Assembly (NCBI RefSeq): GCF_006345805.1
Contig: NW_021823768.1
Location: 1 to 21,461 of the forward strand
Reading direction: 5' to 3'
DNA from: Octopus sinensis
Taxonomy: Eukaryota
Length of the DNA: 21,461 bases
Shown here: positions 9,719 through 19,834 of the stretch, piece by piece
Numbering within the stretch: position 1 is the stretch's first letter
Layout: every line of letters starts with the position of its first letter
Program-made: the position numbers and the translations under genes
The notes under the pieces: generated by a model
What the model was told of the DNA's origin: nothing
Seen by the model: the letters and a program-made list of their open reading frames with translations, nothing else
Database searches by the model: none

Positions 9719-10035
9719 GGGAATGCTTATGACTCAGTGGTTAGAGCGTCGGGCTCACAATCGTGAGGTAGTGATGAGTTCGATTCCTGGACCGGGTAGT
9801 GTATTTTCTTGAGCAAGAAACTTTCTTTCACGTTGTTCCAGTTCCCTCAGCTGTAGAAATGAGTTGCGACGTCACTGGAGCCAAGCTGTATCGGCCTCTG
9901 CCTTTCCCTTGGATAACATCGGTGGCGTTGAGAGGGGAGGCTGGTATGCATGGGCAACTGCTGTTCTTCCATAAACAACATTAACCGGACTTGTGCCTCG
10001 GAAGGGAGTTTTATAGGTTCAATCCCATGGTTATT
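9719..10035 (+). mobile_element. tRNA-derived CORE-like SINE
   Basis: A box TGACTCAGTGG (9730-9740), B box GAGTTCGATTCC (9776-9787), then TTCTTGAGCAAGAAACTTTC. Confidence 0.85.
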
Positions 10036-10117
10036 AGTGCGTATTGTTATATATATATATATATATATATGTGTGTATGTATGTATGTATGTATGTATAT
10101 ATATATATATACATACA

Positions 10118-10250
10118 TTTTTGCCAGCTGAGTGGACTGCAGCAACGTGAAATGAAGTGTTTTGCTCAAGAACACAACGCGTCGCCCGGTCCAGGAATCG
10201 AAACCACAATCTTACGATCATGATGCTGACACCCTAACCACTATGCCACG
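10118..10250 (-). mobile_element. 5' part of a related SINE in the opposite orientation
   Basis: Nearly identical to about 19945-20080; A and B boxes are on the minus strand. Confidence 0.85.
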
Positions 10251-10305
10251 AGTCTGGGTGGTTTCTAAGCAATTTAAAAACGTAAAGGCAAATTTATTAA
10301 CGTCT

Positions 10306-10671
10306 CTAAGGTGACATAAGGTACGAAGTGGCACCAGCACTACATAGGTTTTTATAATTGCTCATAAGCCTCACGCATTATTTATAGTTTACACTTCTAC
10401 TGTTTTTGAAATCAGCACATGTTTTGAACGGTTTTTCTTATAAGTTGAAGAGACGAATTGAGCTTAACCCTAGGCGCAGTAAGTACCCCTGACGAAAATT
10501 AAGATGCCCTACATCAACATTCGAAATCACGTGATAAGGCTATATCTGCGACTGTATGGGAGTTTTGTCACCCTTGTCAACTTACTAAGATAGTGCATTT
10601 GTGACTAATGAGTCGCTTTGACTATTATTTCTAGCAATGCTGGCACCACTTTGTACCTTCTGTTACTTTAG
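10306..10671 (+). mobile_element. Element C: about 366 bp with imperfect 36-bp inverted ends and a degenerate hammerhead (10475-10550)
   Basis: Arms 10306-10341 and 10636-10671 match at 29/36. CTGACGA (10489-95), stem II containing GATG/CATC, GAA-ATCACGTGAT-A (10523-36), distal stem I CGCAG/CTGCG. Confidence 0.55.
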
Positions 10672-10681
10672 TGATCTCTAC

Positions 10682-10683
<2 letters not shown>

Positions 10684-10757
<74 letters not shown>
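10684..10757. repeat. (CT)n microsatellite followed by (TA)n
   Basis: Read directly from the sequence. Confidence 0.95.
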
Positions 10758-10759
<2 letters not shown>

Positions 10760-10781
10760 ATATACATATATATATATATAT

Positions 10782-11412
10782 AGCAATAATAATTCTCTAA
10801 AAGAGATATAGACAGTAACTGCTCGATAACATAAGGGACTAAAGCCATCTGAATATGGCTAGGGACAGGGCAGGGTGGTGGGGGTGTTACTGTTGCATTT
10901 AGCCCCAGGCGAACATTGACGTCACCAGGTAGGCCCGACACCGTCACGGTGTCCTGTAACCTGCAAAGGGAGGTAATTATGCAACAGTAACACCCCCACC
11001 ACCCTGCCCTGTCCCTAGCCATATTCAGATGGCTTTAGTCCCTTATGTTATCGAGCAGTTACTGTCTATATCTCTTTTAGAGAATTATTATTGCTTTCGA
11101 ACAGATTTTCGAAATCAGCAAATGTATTTTGCTTGAAAATCTATATATGAATATCCTGCAGAGTGAGAATTTGTCGAGGAAGCGGAAGCCTACCACACGC
11201 CGACGATAGGCAATACACCTTGAAACCATGGTCCGTGTGTGGTTTCCGCTTCATCGGGGAATTACCTCCCTTTGCAGGTTAAAGGACACCGTGACGGTGT
11301 CGGGCCTGCCTGGTGACGTCGATGTTCGCCTGGGGCTAAATGCAATAGTAACACCCCCACCACCCTGCCCTGTCCCTAGCCATATTCAGATGGCTTTAGT
11401 CCCTTATGTTAT
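10782..11412 (+). mobile_element. Retrozyme-like element B: 361-bp monomer plus about 72-bp redundancy, preceded by an inverted permuted copy; (TA)n flanks
   Basis: ATGCAA(C/T)AGTAAC occurs at 10979 and 11340. 10782-10898 is the exact reverse complement of 10979-11095, and 10899-10978 is the reverse complement of about 11261-11340. Confidence 0.8.
11179..11252 (+). ncRNA. Type I hammerhead ribozyme homologous to 9475-9542, core mutated
   Basis: CACACG(11194-99)-CCGACGA-T-AGG(CAATACA)CCT-T-GAA-ACCATGGT-C(11233)-CGTGTG; distal stem GAAGCGGAAGCC/GGTTTCCGCTTC. Confidence 0.8.
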
Positions 11413-11434
11413 ATATATATATATATATATATAT

Positions 11435-12386
11435 GGCTGCCCAGGTCGGAGCAATCCCAAGATTAATCAGCCGAAATTGCGAAGATGATCCGGTTCTTGA
11501 CTGATGACTGAGGGCTTCGAATGTCCCGTCCTGTGGTTTTTGTGTCGTCTTCTAGGTGTTTCACGTTCTTGTCCCAGTTTGTATATATTTTTTACTTTTT
11601 ACATATATAATGGCGACTCCGTACCCACACTTTTGTCCTTATACGTAAGTATATTTTCTCTAACATTGGTACGACTCTTGATCTGTCTCTTTCTCTCACT
11701 CTCTCCTCCTCCCTTATTCCCCTTCTTTCTTTCTTTCTCTCTTCATCCGTCCCCCTCCTACGCTTCTCTGCCTCTCATACCTTACACTCCCCCCGATCTG
11801 TCTCTTTCTTCTCCTCCCCTGTTCACCTTCTCTCTCTCCTCATCTGTCCCTTTCTCCTCTCTTTTGTCCTCACGTGACCAGCTAGTCACTGCCGTGTTGC
11901 CTTTTCGCATCCAGCAGTCGTTGTAGCAACACGTTTTTGTTTGTCTCCCGTGGCCATAAGGCACAACTCTACAAGCCAGCCCCAAACTCAACTCGTCCTG
12001 TCGAAAGACCCTTGTCCTACGTCCTGGTTTTGTTTTTATCCTTACCATTATTGTTTTTACGTTTTTGTATTCTTATTCGTGCTTTCCTTATTGTTTTCAC
12101 GTATTTTTGTATTTTTATTCGTGTACATCGTCCGTTTTCCGTCCTTGTGTTGCATACATTCGAGGCCTTCTTCCAAGGGATCTAATGCGCTTGGCTTAGA
12201 TTTCCCTTGGTGGCTGCCCAGGTCGGAACAATCTCAAGATTAATCAGCCGAAATTGCGAAGATGATCTGGTTCTTGACTGATGACTGAGGGCTTCGAATG
12301 TCCCGTCCTGTGGTTTTTGTGTCGTCTTCTAGGTGTTTCACGTTCTTGTCCCAGTTTGTATAATTTTTTTACTTTTTACATATATA
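11435..12386. mobile_element. Element D: non-coding unit with 175-bp direct terminal repeats (period 777 bp)
   Basis: 11435-11609 is nearly identical to 12212-12386. The element starts immediately after (TA)n and has a pyrimidine-rich interior. Confidence 0.75.
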
Positions 12387-13043
12387 TACACACACACGAC
12401 AGCCATCTTTCTGTTTCCGTCTGCCAAATTCACTCACAAAGCTTTGGTCGCCCCGAGGCTATGGAGACACTTGCTCAGGGTTCCATGGTGTGAGACTGAA
12501 CCCAGAACCATAAATGGTTTGGAAGCAAGTGAGTGTGCTTCAGAAAGAGAGAATAGGGAGGGAATGTGTGTGCATGAGTGAGAGTGGAGAGAGGGAGAGA
12601 GAAAATCAATACGATTGGTGATACCTCTCAGCTGCAGGAATCTGATGTAAATCCCAATATGTCGGAAACCAGCCTTAAGCTCATCGCCACTGGTTGTTTT
12701 TCTCTGCGGATGTTCTTTGTTTAGATTCGCCGACAAGCTTTGAGAGCAGCGTTTGCGAAGTACGAGAGCATGTCCATCAGGAGTGGCATATACGTTGTAA
12801 TTCTGGAGCCTACTGCATTCCCAAGATTCCAAAGTGTAGCCGCAAAGCATCCAGTTGTTGTGTGTTACCTTGGGAAGGACCGCTAGAAAGCCTTGCTCAA
12901 TGAAAGGCTGTGTGCTGACAGTGAAATGTCAAAGACTTGTCAACATCTCAGTTCCTACACAGACTGATACTAGCTAGCAGAAGTCAGATGTAAGCCAGCG
13001 GTTTGTAAACGTTACTGCATTATAGGCTGCCAATCACCTTACA

Positions 13044-13202
<159 letters not shown>

Positions 13203-13240
13203 CATGCAAACGCACTTCTGTCACTCACAGATACACATAC

Positions 13241-13314
13241 ATTAATGGTGGTCATATCAAAAATTATTCCCATCACTATGGCTTCCCATAGGAAATCAAA
13301 AAGTAGTCTGAATT
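13241..13314 (-). CDS. Possible further exon, FRLLFDFLWEAIVMGIIFDMTTIN
   Basis: Pyrimidine tract plus TAG acceptor and GTATGT donor, one open frame. Its phase requires an intervening exon that I could not find. Confidence 0.2.
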
Positions 13315-13466
13315 CTAAAGAATAGAAAGAAATTTGCTTCTGACAGACTTGAAGTCATTTAATTCAATATTCTGTCCATATACCTGTCATAATTATTTAT
13401 ATGAATGTTGGGTTAGATCCAAAACTTGAAGTAGAAATAAAGTCGGTTTGTGTTTCTCTACTAGAT

Positions 13467-13518
<52 letters not shown>

Positions 13519-13627
13519 CAATCTTTTCTTTAAAAGCCTAGTGCTTAATCTATCGGAGTATTTTTCCGGACCGCTATATTACGGGGATTCATACACATCA
13601 GCACCGGTTGTCAAGCGGTGAAGGGGT

Positions 13628-13658
<31 letters not shown>

Positions 13659-13718
13659 GACACATACTAATGCTTGTGTGTGTGTGTATATAAATGAGTA
13701 ACAAAGATATTCACCTAC

Positions 13719-13785
13719 CTTGGAATCTGCACCTCGGAAATATTTGGAAAGTATCTTTATTTTATATAAGGATACTTTCCAAATA
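13719..13785 (-). CDS. Putative internal host exon (67 nt), IWKVSLYKIKILSKYFRGADSK
   Basis: TTTGTTCAG acceptor and AAG|GTAGGT donor; the single open frame matches the phase of the upstream exon. Confidence 0.4.
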
Positions 13786-13889
13786 CTGAACAAACAACAG
13801 CGGATTTATTCACTAAGTTTAAGAGTGCCATCTGCATACACTGCATGTATCTCAGGTAGAAAAAATTCTATGTAGAGTTTGATACTCAC

Positions 13890-13957
13890 CCAATATAGTT
13901 TGAGTATGCAAATAAGTTCGTCCGAACAAGGTGTCTCAATTTAAGTACCTTATTCAA
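13890..13957 (-). CDS. Putative internal host exon (68 nt), LNKVLKLRHLVRTNLFAYSNYIG
   Basis: CAG acceptor and GTGAGT donor. Only one frame is open, and it splices in phase to 13719-13785 across a 104-nt GT-AG intron. Confidence 0.4.
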
Positions 13958-14104
13958 CTGAATCTAAATTACATTATATATATACACGATGGTCTTCGGT
14001 TTCCGTCGGCCAAATCCACTCATAAGGCTTTGGTCGGCCTGAGGCTATAGTAGAAGACACTTGCTCAGGGTTCCACGTTAGGAGACTCACTGTACGGCTA
14101 GGCC

Positions 14105-14144
<40 letters not shown>

Positions 14145-14496
14145 CTTGAATTTATTTGAAGGACATTCAGATTAGGTGACATTGCAGTTGTAAAGTAATA
14201 AAATGTGGCACGTGTCACAAAATGGATTATGAAAAATTGAGCAAAAAATTTACAAACAGGCATTGAAAACAAAAGGTGAAGTAAAAGAAGTCTGGTTTGG
14301 AGGACAACCGTAAAGAGCCAATCATGGAAGTCCACAGACGGAAGATTACTATGAATTTCTAACTAAGAGTAAGTACTCCGAGTAATATATAATTGAATCA
14401 ATAACTGTTATTCGCCTGCGACAAAAAGAATGCGCAATATAAATAGATAGACTGTTCGCTTTTTATGTTTCTGCGTATAAACCTCTGTGTGTGTGT

Positions 14497-14536
<40 letters not shown>

Positions 14537-14700
14537 ATGCGCGTGTGTGTGTACATGCGCATGTGTGTGTACATGCGCGTGTGTGTGTACATGCGCGTGT
14601 GTGTGTACATGCGCGTGTGCGTATCGATAGGTTGGTAGATAGACAAATAGATCGATAGGTGAACTGATCACTAGATACAGATAGATAGATAGATAGATAA

Positions 14701-15864
14701 GTTTCTTTATTGGCCACACAGGGCTGCACACAGATGGGACAAGTTACAAGGTAGAGCTTTTCTTTTGGGGGATGAAAAAAAGGGGGTGGCGTAGGTTTTC
14801 GATCAAGAGGGATCGTAAAAGGGAAGAAAAGAACAAAAAAAAAGAAAAAAAGAAAAAAAATAGAATAAAAAATAAAAAGAATAAAAGAAAAAAAGAAAGG
14901 GAAAGGAACAAAAGAAAAGAGAAATGAAAAAAGAAGAAAAAGGGAAAAAGGAAGATAAAAAAAAAAGGAACGATCAATAGGGATCGTGTGTCACAGTGTT
15001 ATGATATATGGTGTAAAGGGGAAGCAAGTAAGGTTTATCCGTGGAAGAAAGCCTACGAAAAGACCACGGTAACCTTGGTCAATATTGTTATATGTTACCA
15101 CATTTGTTTGCAAGTGGGTAACCCTCTGTTTTCAATTTCTGGGTTCATAGGATTATGCTCAAGGTGGCTTCGTCATTCATACGTGCCATCCTTGCTACAT
15201 TCACCCATCTTTTTTTAAAACATTCGCTAGACAAAACTTGCCTCTCTACTCTCACTTTCCTTTTCAAGTGGTACTTGAAAAAGTTGATGAGAGATTGACC
15301 AGAGAGGAAAGTGTTTGTCTCCAATCCTTTCAGACGCGTCCACCAGATACATTCTTTCGCCATAGCCACAAGGATGATGAAAATAGCTCTTCCTTCCCGT
15401 TTGAAGGAAGGAGGCGTGACAATATTGACGATAGACTCAGCTGATAAGCCTACTCGTCCCACACGTGACAGCAGTTTTTCGACACAAGCCCACAGGTCGG
15501 AAATTGTTGGACACTGCACGAGTGCGTGCAGAACGGTTTCGTCGCTCTGGCCGCATCTCGGGCAGGTCGGCCCCGTGTTTCTCGAGCCGTGTCTGTAGAG
15601 CTTATCCCGAACGGGTAGCGCTTCTCGGTAACACTGCCAGGCCAGGGATCTCTGGAAGTTGTCCATGGGCCCTGGCCCAAAAGTCGTCCTGAACAGGCGG
15701 GTCAGGTACTCCTCGTCGACGTCCAGGTTCGCCCCGAGCTCGTCGTCGTACCTCCCCTCTACTAATCCCCTATAGAATGCTTTGGTTGCGTTGAAGTCAC
15801 TCAAAGTCGACCCAGACGGGCAGAGTTGCTTGAGAGCAACGCGACACTCGCGGTGCCATTCGCC
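14701..15864 (-). mobile_element. 5'-truncated Tx1/L1-clade LINE, copy 1 (ORF2 C-terminus plus 3' UTR)
   Basis: Open frame over about 15864-15145 with the zf-RVT-type motif WQCYREALPVRDKL...CPRCGQSDETVLHALVQC. The 3' end AATAAAGAAAC runs into (ATCT)n. Confidence 0.92.
15145..15864 (-). pseudogene. LINE ORF2 C-terminal zinc-binding region, open but truncated
   Basis: The ORF-track start at 15804 is TTG inside a frame that continues upstream (EWHRECRVALKQLCPSGSTL). Confidence 0.88.
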
Positions 15865-15941
15865 CCGCGAGTGTCGCGTTGCTCTCTAGCAACTCTGCCG
15901 TCCTGGGTCGACTTTGAGTGACTTCAACGCAACCAAAGCAT

Positions 15942-15942
<1 letters not shown>

Positions 15943-16022
<80 letters not shown>
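15943..16022. repeat. (AGAT)n microsatellite
   Basis: Read directly; further arrays at about 14630-14700 and 16762-16865. Confidence 0.95.
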
Positions 16023-16023
<1 letters not shown>

Positions 16024-16024
<1 letters not shown>

Positions 16025-16761
16025 CTTTCTTTATTAGCCACAGAGGGCTCGACACAGAGGAGACAATACGATGTAGCGTTTTTCTTTTCAAGGGGAAGAA
16101 AAAAATGAATGGGGCAACGACAAAAGGGATCGAAAAGTCGAAATAGTGCAAAGAACAGAGGTCTATCCGTGGAAAGAAAAACCTACGAAAAGACCACGGT
16201 AACTTCGGACAATGGAATACAAATGTTCATTAGAGTAAAGTATTCTCTTTCTCTTTCTCTTTGATTCATAGGATTATGATCAAGGTGACTCCATCATTCA
16301 CACGTGCCATCCTTGCTACATTCACCCATCTTTTCGTGAAACATTCACTAGACAAAACTTCCCTCTCTACTCTACCTTCTTTTACAAATGATACTTGAAA
16401 AAGTTGATGAGTGATTGACCAGAGAGGAAAGTGTTTGTTTTTAGGCTTTTCAATCGCGTCCACCATAACATTCTTTCGCTATAGCCACAAGTACAATGAA
16501 AACAGCTCTTCCATTCCGTTTGAAGAAAGGGGGCGAGGTAACATTAACGATACACTCGGTTGATAAACCAACTCATCCTACAAGCGACAACAGTTGTTCG
16601 ACATAAGCCCACAGGTCGGAAATGGTCGGACACTGCACGATGGAGTGCAGAACGGTTTAGTCGCTCTGACTGCATCTCGGGCAAATCGGCCCGGTGTTTC
16701 TAGAGCCATGTTTGTAGAGCTTATCTCGAACGGGTAGTGCTTTTCGATAGCACTGCCAGGC

Positions 16762-16762
<1 letters not shown>
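16024..16762 (-). mobile_element. 5'-truncated Tx1/L1-clade LINE, copy 2 (diverged, with stops)
   Basis: LAWQCYRKALPVRDKLYKHGSRNTGPICPRCSQSD*TVLHSIVQCP, homologous to copy 1, with (AGAT)n on both sides. Confidence 0.92.
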
Positions 16763-16848
<86 letters not shown>

Positions 16849-17264
16849 GTAGATAGATAGATAGACCGACCGACGACAGACAGATGTGAGTGCACGTATT
16901 GCACGTATCTTGATTTGTGCGCTTGACTTGAATGTTTCGTTTCTATATTTTCATGTTATTTTTTTTGTTCCAAGTGTAAATCTGCAGGTTTGTTCCTTTA
17001 TCTCTAGATACATGAATATGCTGAGTGTCCATATATGTAAACGTACGTATAGTGTTTGTTTGGGTGTGGTCGTTTGATATCACGCGTCTCTGTTGTGACA
17101 TGGAACATCTGTTGCTGCGGTTGACCTTACGCAGCTGTTACTATGAATAATCATTTTTAGGTTGTGACATTCAATACTTCACTGCTATTATTGTTGTTGT
17201 TGTTGTCCTAATCATTCCAATTCTAGATTACTAACCTCGTGTGTCGATGACAAACAATCTACCT

Positions 17265-17881
17265 CAATAGTTCTCTACCAAGGTCCATGTGCCTCCTGGG
17301 TGGTACACATATGATTTTTTCGGAGTCCGCATAAGCAAAATAGTAAACTGAGTCCTCAGTATTATTTCAAGGGCCCATTTTATCTTTTGATACATTTATT
17401 GCAAGAAACAGCTTAGGTTTCTTATTTCTTTATTGCCCACAACGTAGCGGCAGACGAAATACCTATTTCTTTACTACCCACAAGGGGCTAAGCACAGAGG
17501 GGGCTAACAAGGACAGACAAATGGATTAAGTCGATTACATCGACCCCAGTGCGTAACTGGTACTTAATTTATCAACCCCGAAAGGATGAAAGGCAACGTC
17601 GACCTCGGCGGAATTTGAACTCAGAACGTAACGGCAGACAAAACACTGATAAGCATTTCACCCGGCGCGCCAACGTTTCTGCCAGCTCGCCGCCTTTAAC
17701 AGGTTTCTTAATCTAACGTTTTACAAAGTTCAACCCACACAAGTTAATATGTAAAGGACAATACTAATTTAGAAAGGAGTATAAGTAAACTTAGTTTATA
17801 AACATCAAATGGGTATGGGGTCCACCAGAATAAAATAGTAATTGAAGGGGTCAATAGATAAACAATGGTTGCGAACCGCTG
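17265..17881. mobile_element. Old hAT (Charlie-like) MITE interrupted by a SINE
   Basis: 8-bp TSD ATCTACCT/ATCTACGT, degenerate TIRs, and internal homology to 18774-19126 (AGCAAAATAGTAAA, TATTGCAAGAAACAGCT). Confidence 0.75.
17425..17700 (-). mobile_element. tRNA-derived SINE with an extra partial unit, bounded by a 10-bp TSD
   Basis: AGGTTTCTTA at 17415-17424 and 17701-17710; same family as 3357-3755. Confidence 0.9.
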
Positions 17882-18560
17882 ATCTACGTGATCCATTGAC
17901 CTTCAAGAATTAATAACCAAAACTCGCTCAAACCATACCCTATCGTCTTAGAAATTCCTACGAATTGGATAAAGTGATCGAGAGTGCCCTATTTCTCAAG
18001 AAAATAAAAATAGAGTATTCTTGGTTTGAGTACCACTAATCACATTTAGGATAGATCTGAGTAAGTTGGAGCTAAAAAAGAATAACAGCAACAACATGAC
18101 CAACTACAGGTTTCTCAAACAAGTGGAAGGGAGAATGGGAGTGAGGTATCCTCCAATTAGAGAGGCATTACCTGACTACTTAGGCTGCGCTAAAGGTATC
18201 CTTGTGTACTAAATGGTGCTAAACCGAGTGAAGAGTTAAATTTGAAATCAAAGTAGGCTATGGCGGAATTTTAACTCGGAACGCAAAGAGCCAGAACAAT
18301 TAGCACAAAGCACCCGACTCGAAATTCTTATAATTCTGCCAGTCTAGCATTCTGGATTGGTACACTTCTGACGACCCTGAAAGCATGAAATATTAGTTTG
18401 ATCACGGCAGTATTTGAACACAACGCAAAACAACCGAAACTAACACTATAAAGCAAACAACCGGAACAAATACTATAAAGCTGCTAAACATTTTGTCCGG
18501 CGTGTTGACAACTCTGATAACGCGCCGCCTTTGTTTAGTCCGTAGTAATCTCTGCTGTGA

Positions 18561-18745
18561 CCAAGGCGGTGAGCTAGCAGAATCGTTAGCACGCCGGACA
18601 AAATGTTTAGTAGCATTTCTTTCGGTTGTTTACGGTCTGAGTTCAAATGCCGTTCATGTCAGCTTTGGCTTTCTTCGTTTTGGAGTCGATAAAATAAAAT
18701 ACCAGTCAAGTACTGGTGTCGATGTAATCGACTAGCCTTCTCTCC
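18561..18745 (+). mobile_element. Diverged tRNA-derived SINE
   Basis: CAAGGCGGTGAGCTAGCAGAATCGTTAG ... GAGTTCAAAT head. Older relics at about 18240-18440 (-) and 19690-19800 (+). Confidence 0.75.
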
Positions 18746-18773
18746 CAAAATGTCAGTCTTTGTGCCTATGGAA

Positions 18774-19126
18774 CAGTGGTTCTCAACTGGGGTCCATGTG
18801 GACCCTGAGAGTCGATATAAGATAGGGTGGAGGGTCTAAACAGCAAAATAGTAAATTGGGGATACAAATAGTACTGTAAGGGCTCCTGAACAAATTTTGC
18901 TTCAGATGTATGTTTTGATATGTATTGCAAGAAACAGCTAGGTTTCTTTCTCTAACATCTTACATAGCTCAACCTGTACAAGTTAATGTGTGAAAAACAA
19001 AACAAGGAATTTTTGAAAGAAGTTTCCATAAAACTAATTGTTAGGCATTGAATGGCTATGGGAATCCACCAAAATTAATTAGTTATAAAAAGGAGTCCAC
19101 AGATAAAAAATGGTTGAGAACTCCTG
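18774..19126. mobile_element. hAT (Charlie-like) MITE, 353 bp
   Basis: TIRs CAGTGGTTCTCAAC / GTTGAGAACTCCTG (12/14); TSD CTATGGAA (18766-73) / CTATAGAA (19127-34). Confidence 0.85.
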
Positions 19127-19834
19127 CTATAGAAGAAAGCAAAAAAAAAATGTAATCTCTATTGCGTTCAAATATGCTCCATCTATGAACATCTTATTTT
19201 TCTTTTCAGGCAGTTCTACTACATTAATCAGAATGTTATCAACTCAGCAAGCTAATAGTCACGGATGACTATTTCAGACGCCATATTTTAATGCTAAAGT
19301 CCTAAGGCTTTCACTAATGAGATTATTTGATGAAATCACTGTAAGACAGGTGCTAAAATTTATGTTGGAGGTATTTTCCTTGCGATTTTAGGATTCTATC
19401 CTAGATGTGTTTTGATCAGAATTAATGCGATAAAATGCTTTGTTTAAGCAACCTCTTCGCACAGGGTACCGACCTAGAAACTAGCGAGGCACCATTTACA
19501 CACTCAATCGACACGTTATAAATAGCAACTAGATTTCTCCTAAATCGTACTTTGACATTTTAAAGTGAAGGACGTAAAGAATGGTGTAGTATACCGAGTG
19601 AAATAAAGAAAAAGATGGGATTCCAGGTTTGGAGCGTCTTTGGTAATTGGTCTGAAGAATCAAAGATTATCTTCTTCTAAACAAAGTTGGTGAGCTGGCA
19701 GAACTGTTCGATCGTCGAAATAAAATAATTTATAGTATTCGTTCCGGCTCTTCACATTCTGAGTCCTTATCTTGCCGAAGTCTACCGCGCCTTTCATTTC
19801 CCCCACCCGTAGTAGAAGAAAATAAAACAAAATA

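Noticed and set aside
9719-9790. tRNA gene calls at A/B-box sequences
   Set aside because: They continue into SINE bodies and lack a complete cloverleaf; they are SINE heads.
11455-11520. Twister-like reading (TAA-TCAG-CC...CTGA-GGG) of element D
   Set aside because: The 3' L1 segment is too short and L4 lacks the pseudoknot partners; kept only as an unclassified structure.
11501-11530. CTGATGA...CGAAT...GTC as a hammerhead in element D (also 12278)
   Set aside because: GAAT replaces GAAA, and there is no convincing stem I or II. A minus-strand alternative needs a CUGAUUA core with a poor stem I.
11504-12243. ORFs of 82-140 aa inside element D
   Set aside because: Low-complexity L/S/F-rich translations of pyrimidine tracts.
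13719-13740. RGADS as the P4-ATPase KGADS motif
   Set aside because: Only four residues match and the surrounding context does not fit; no gene name assigned.
18368-18390. CTGACGA...GAAA
   Set aside because: A decayed copy of the SINE segment ATCGACCCCGAAAGGATGAAAGG, with no stems.
19195-19350. Strong plus-strand splice acceptor (TTTTCTTTTCAG)
   Set aside because: All three frames close within about 60 nt; there is no support for a coding exon.
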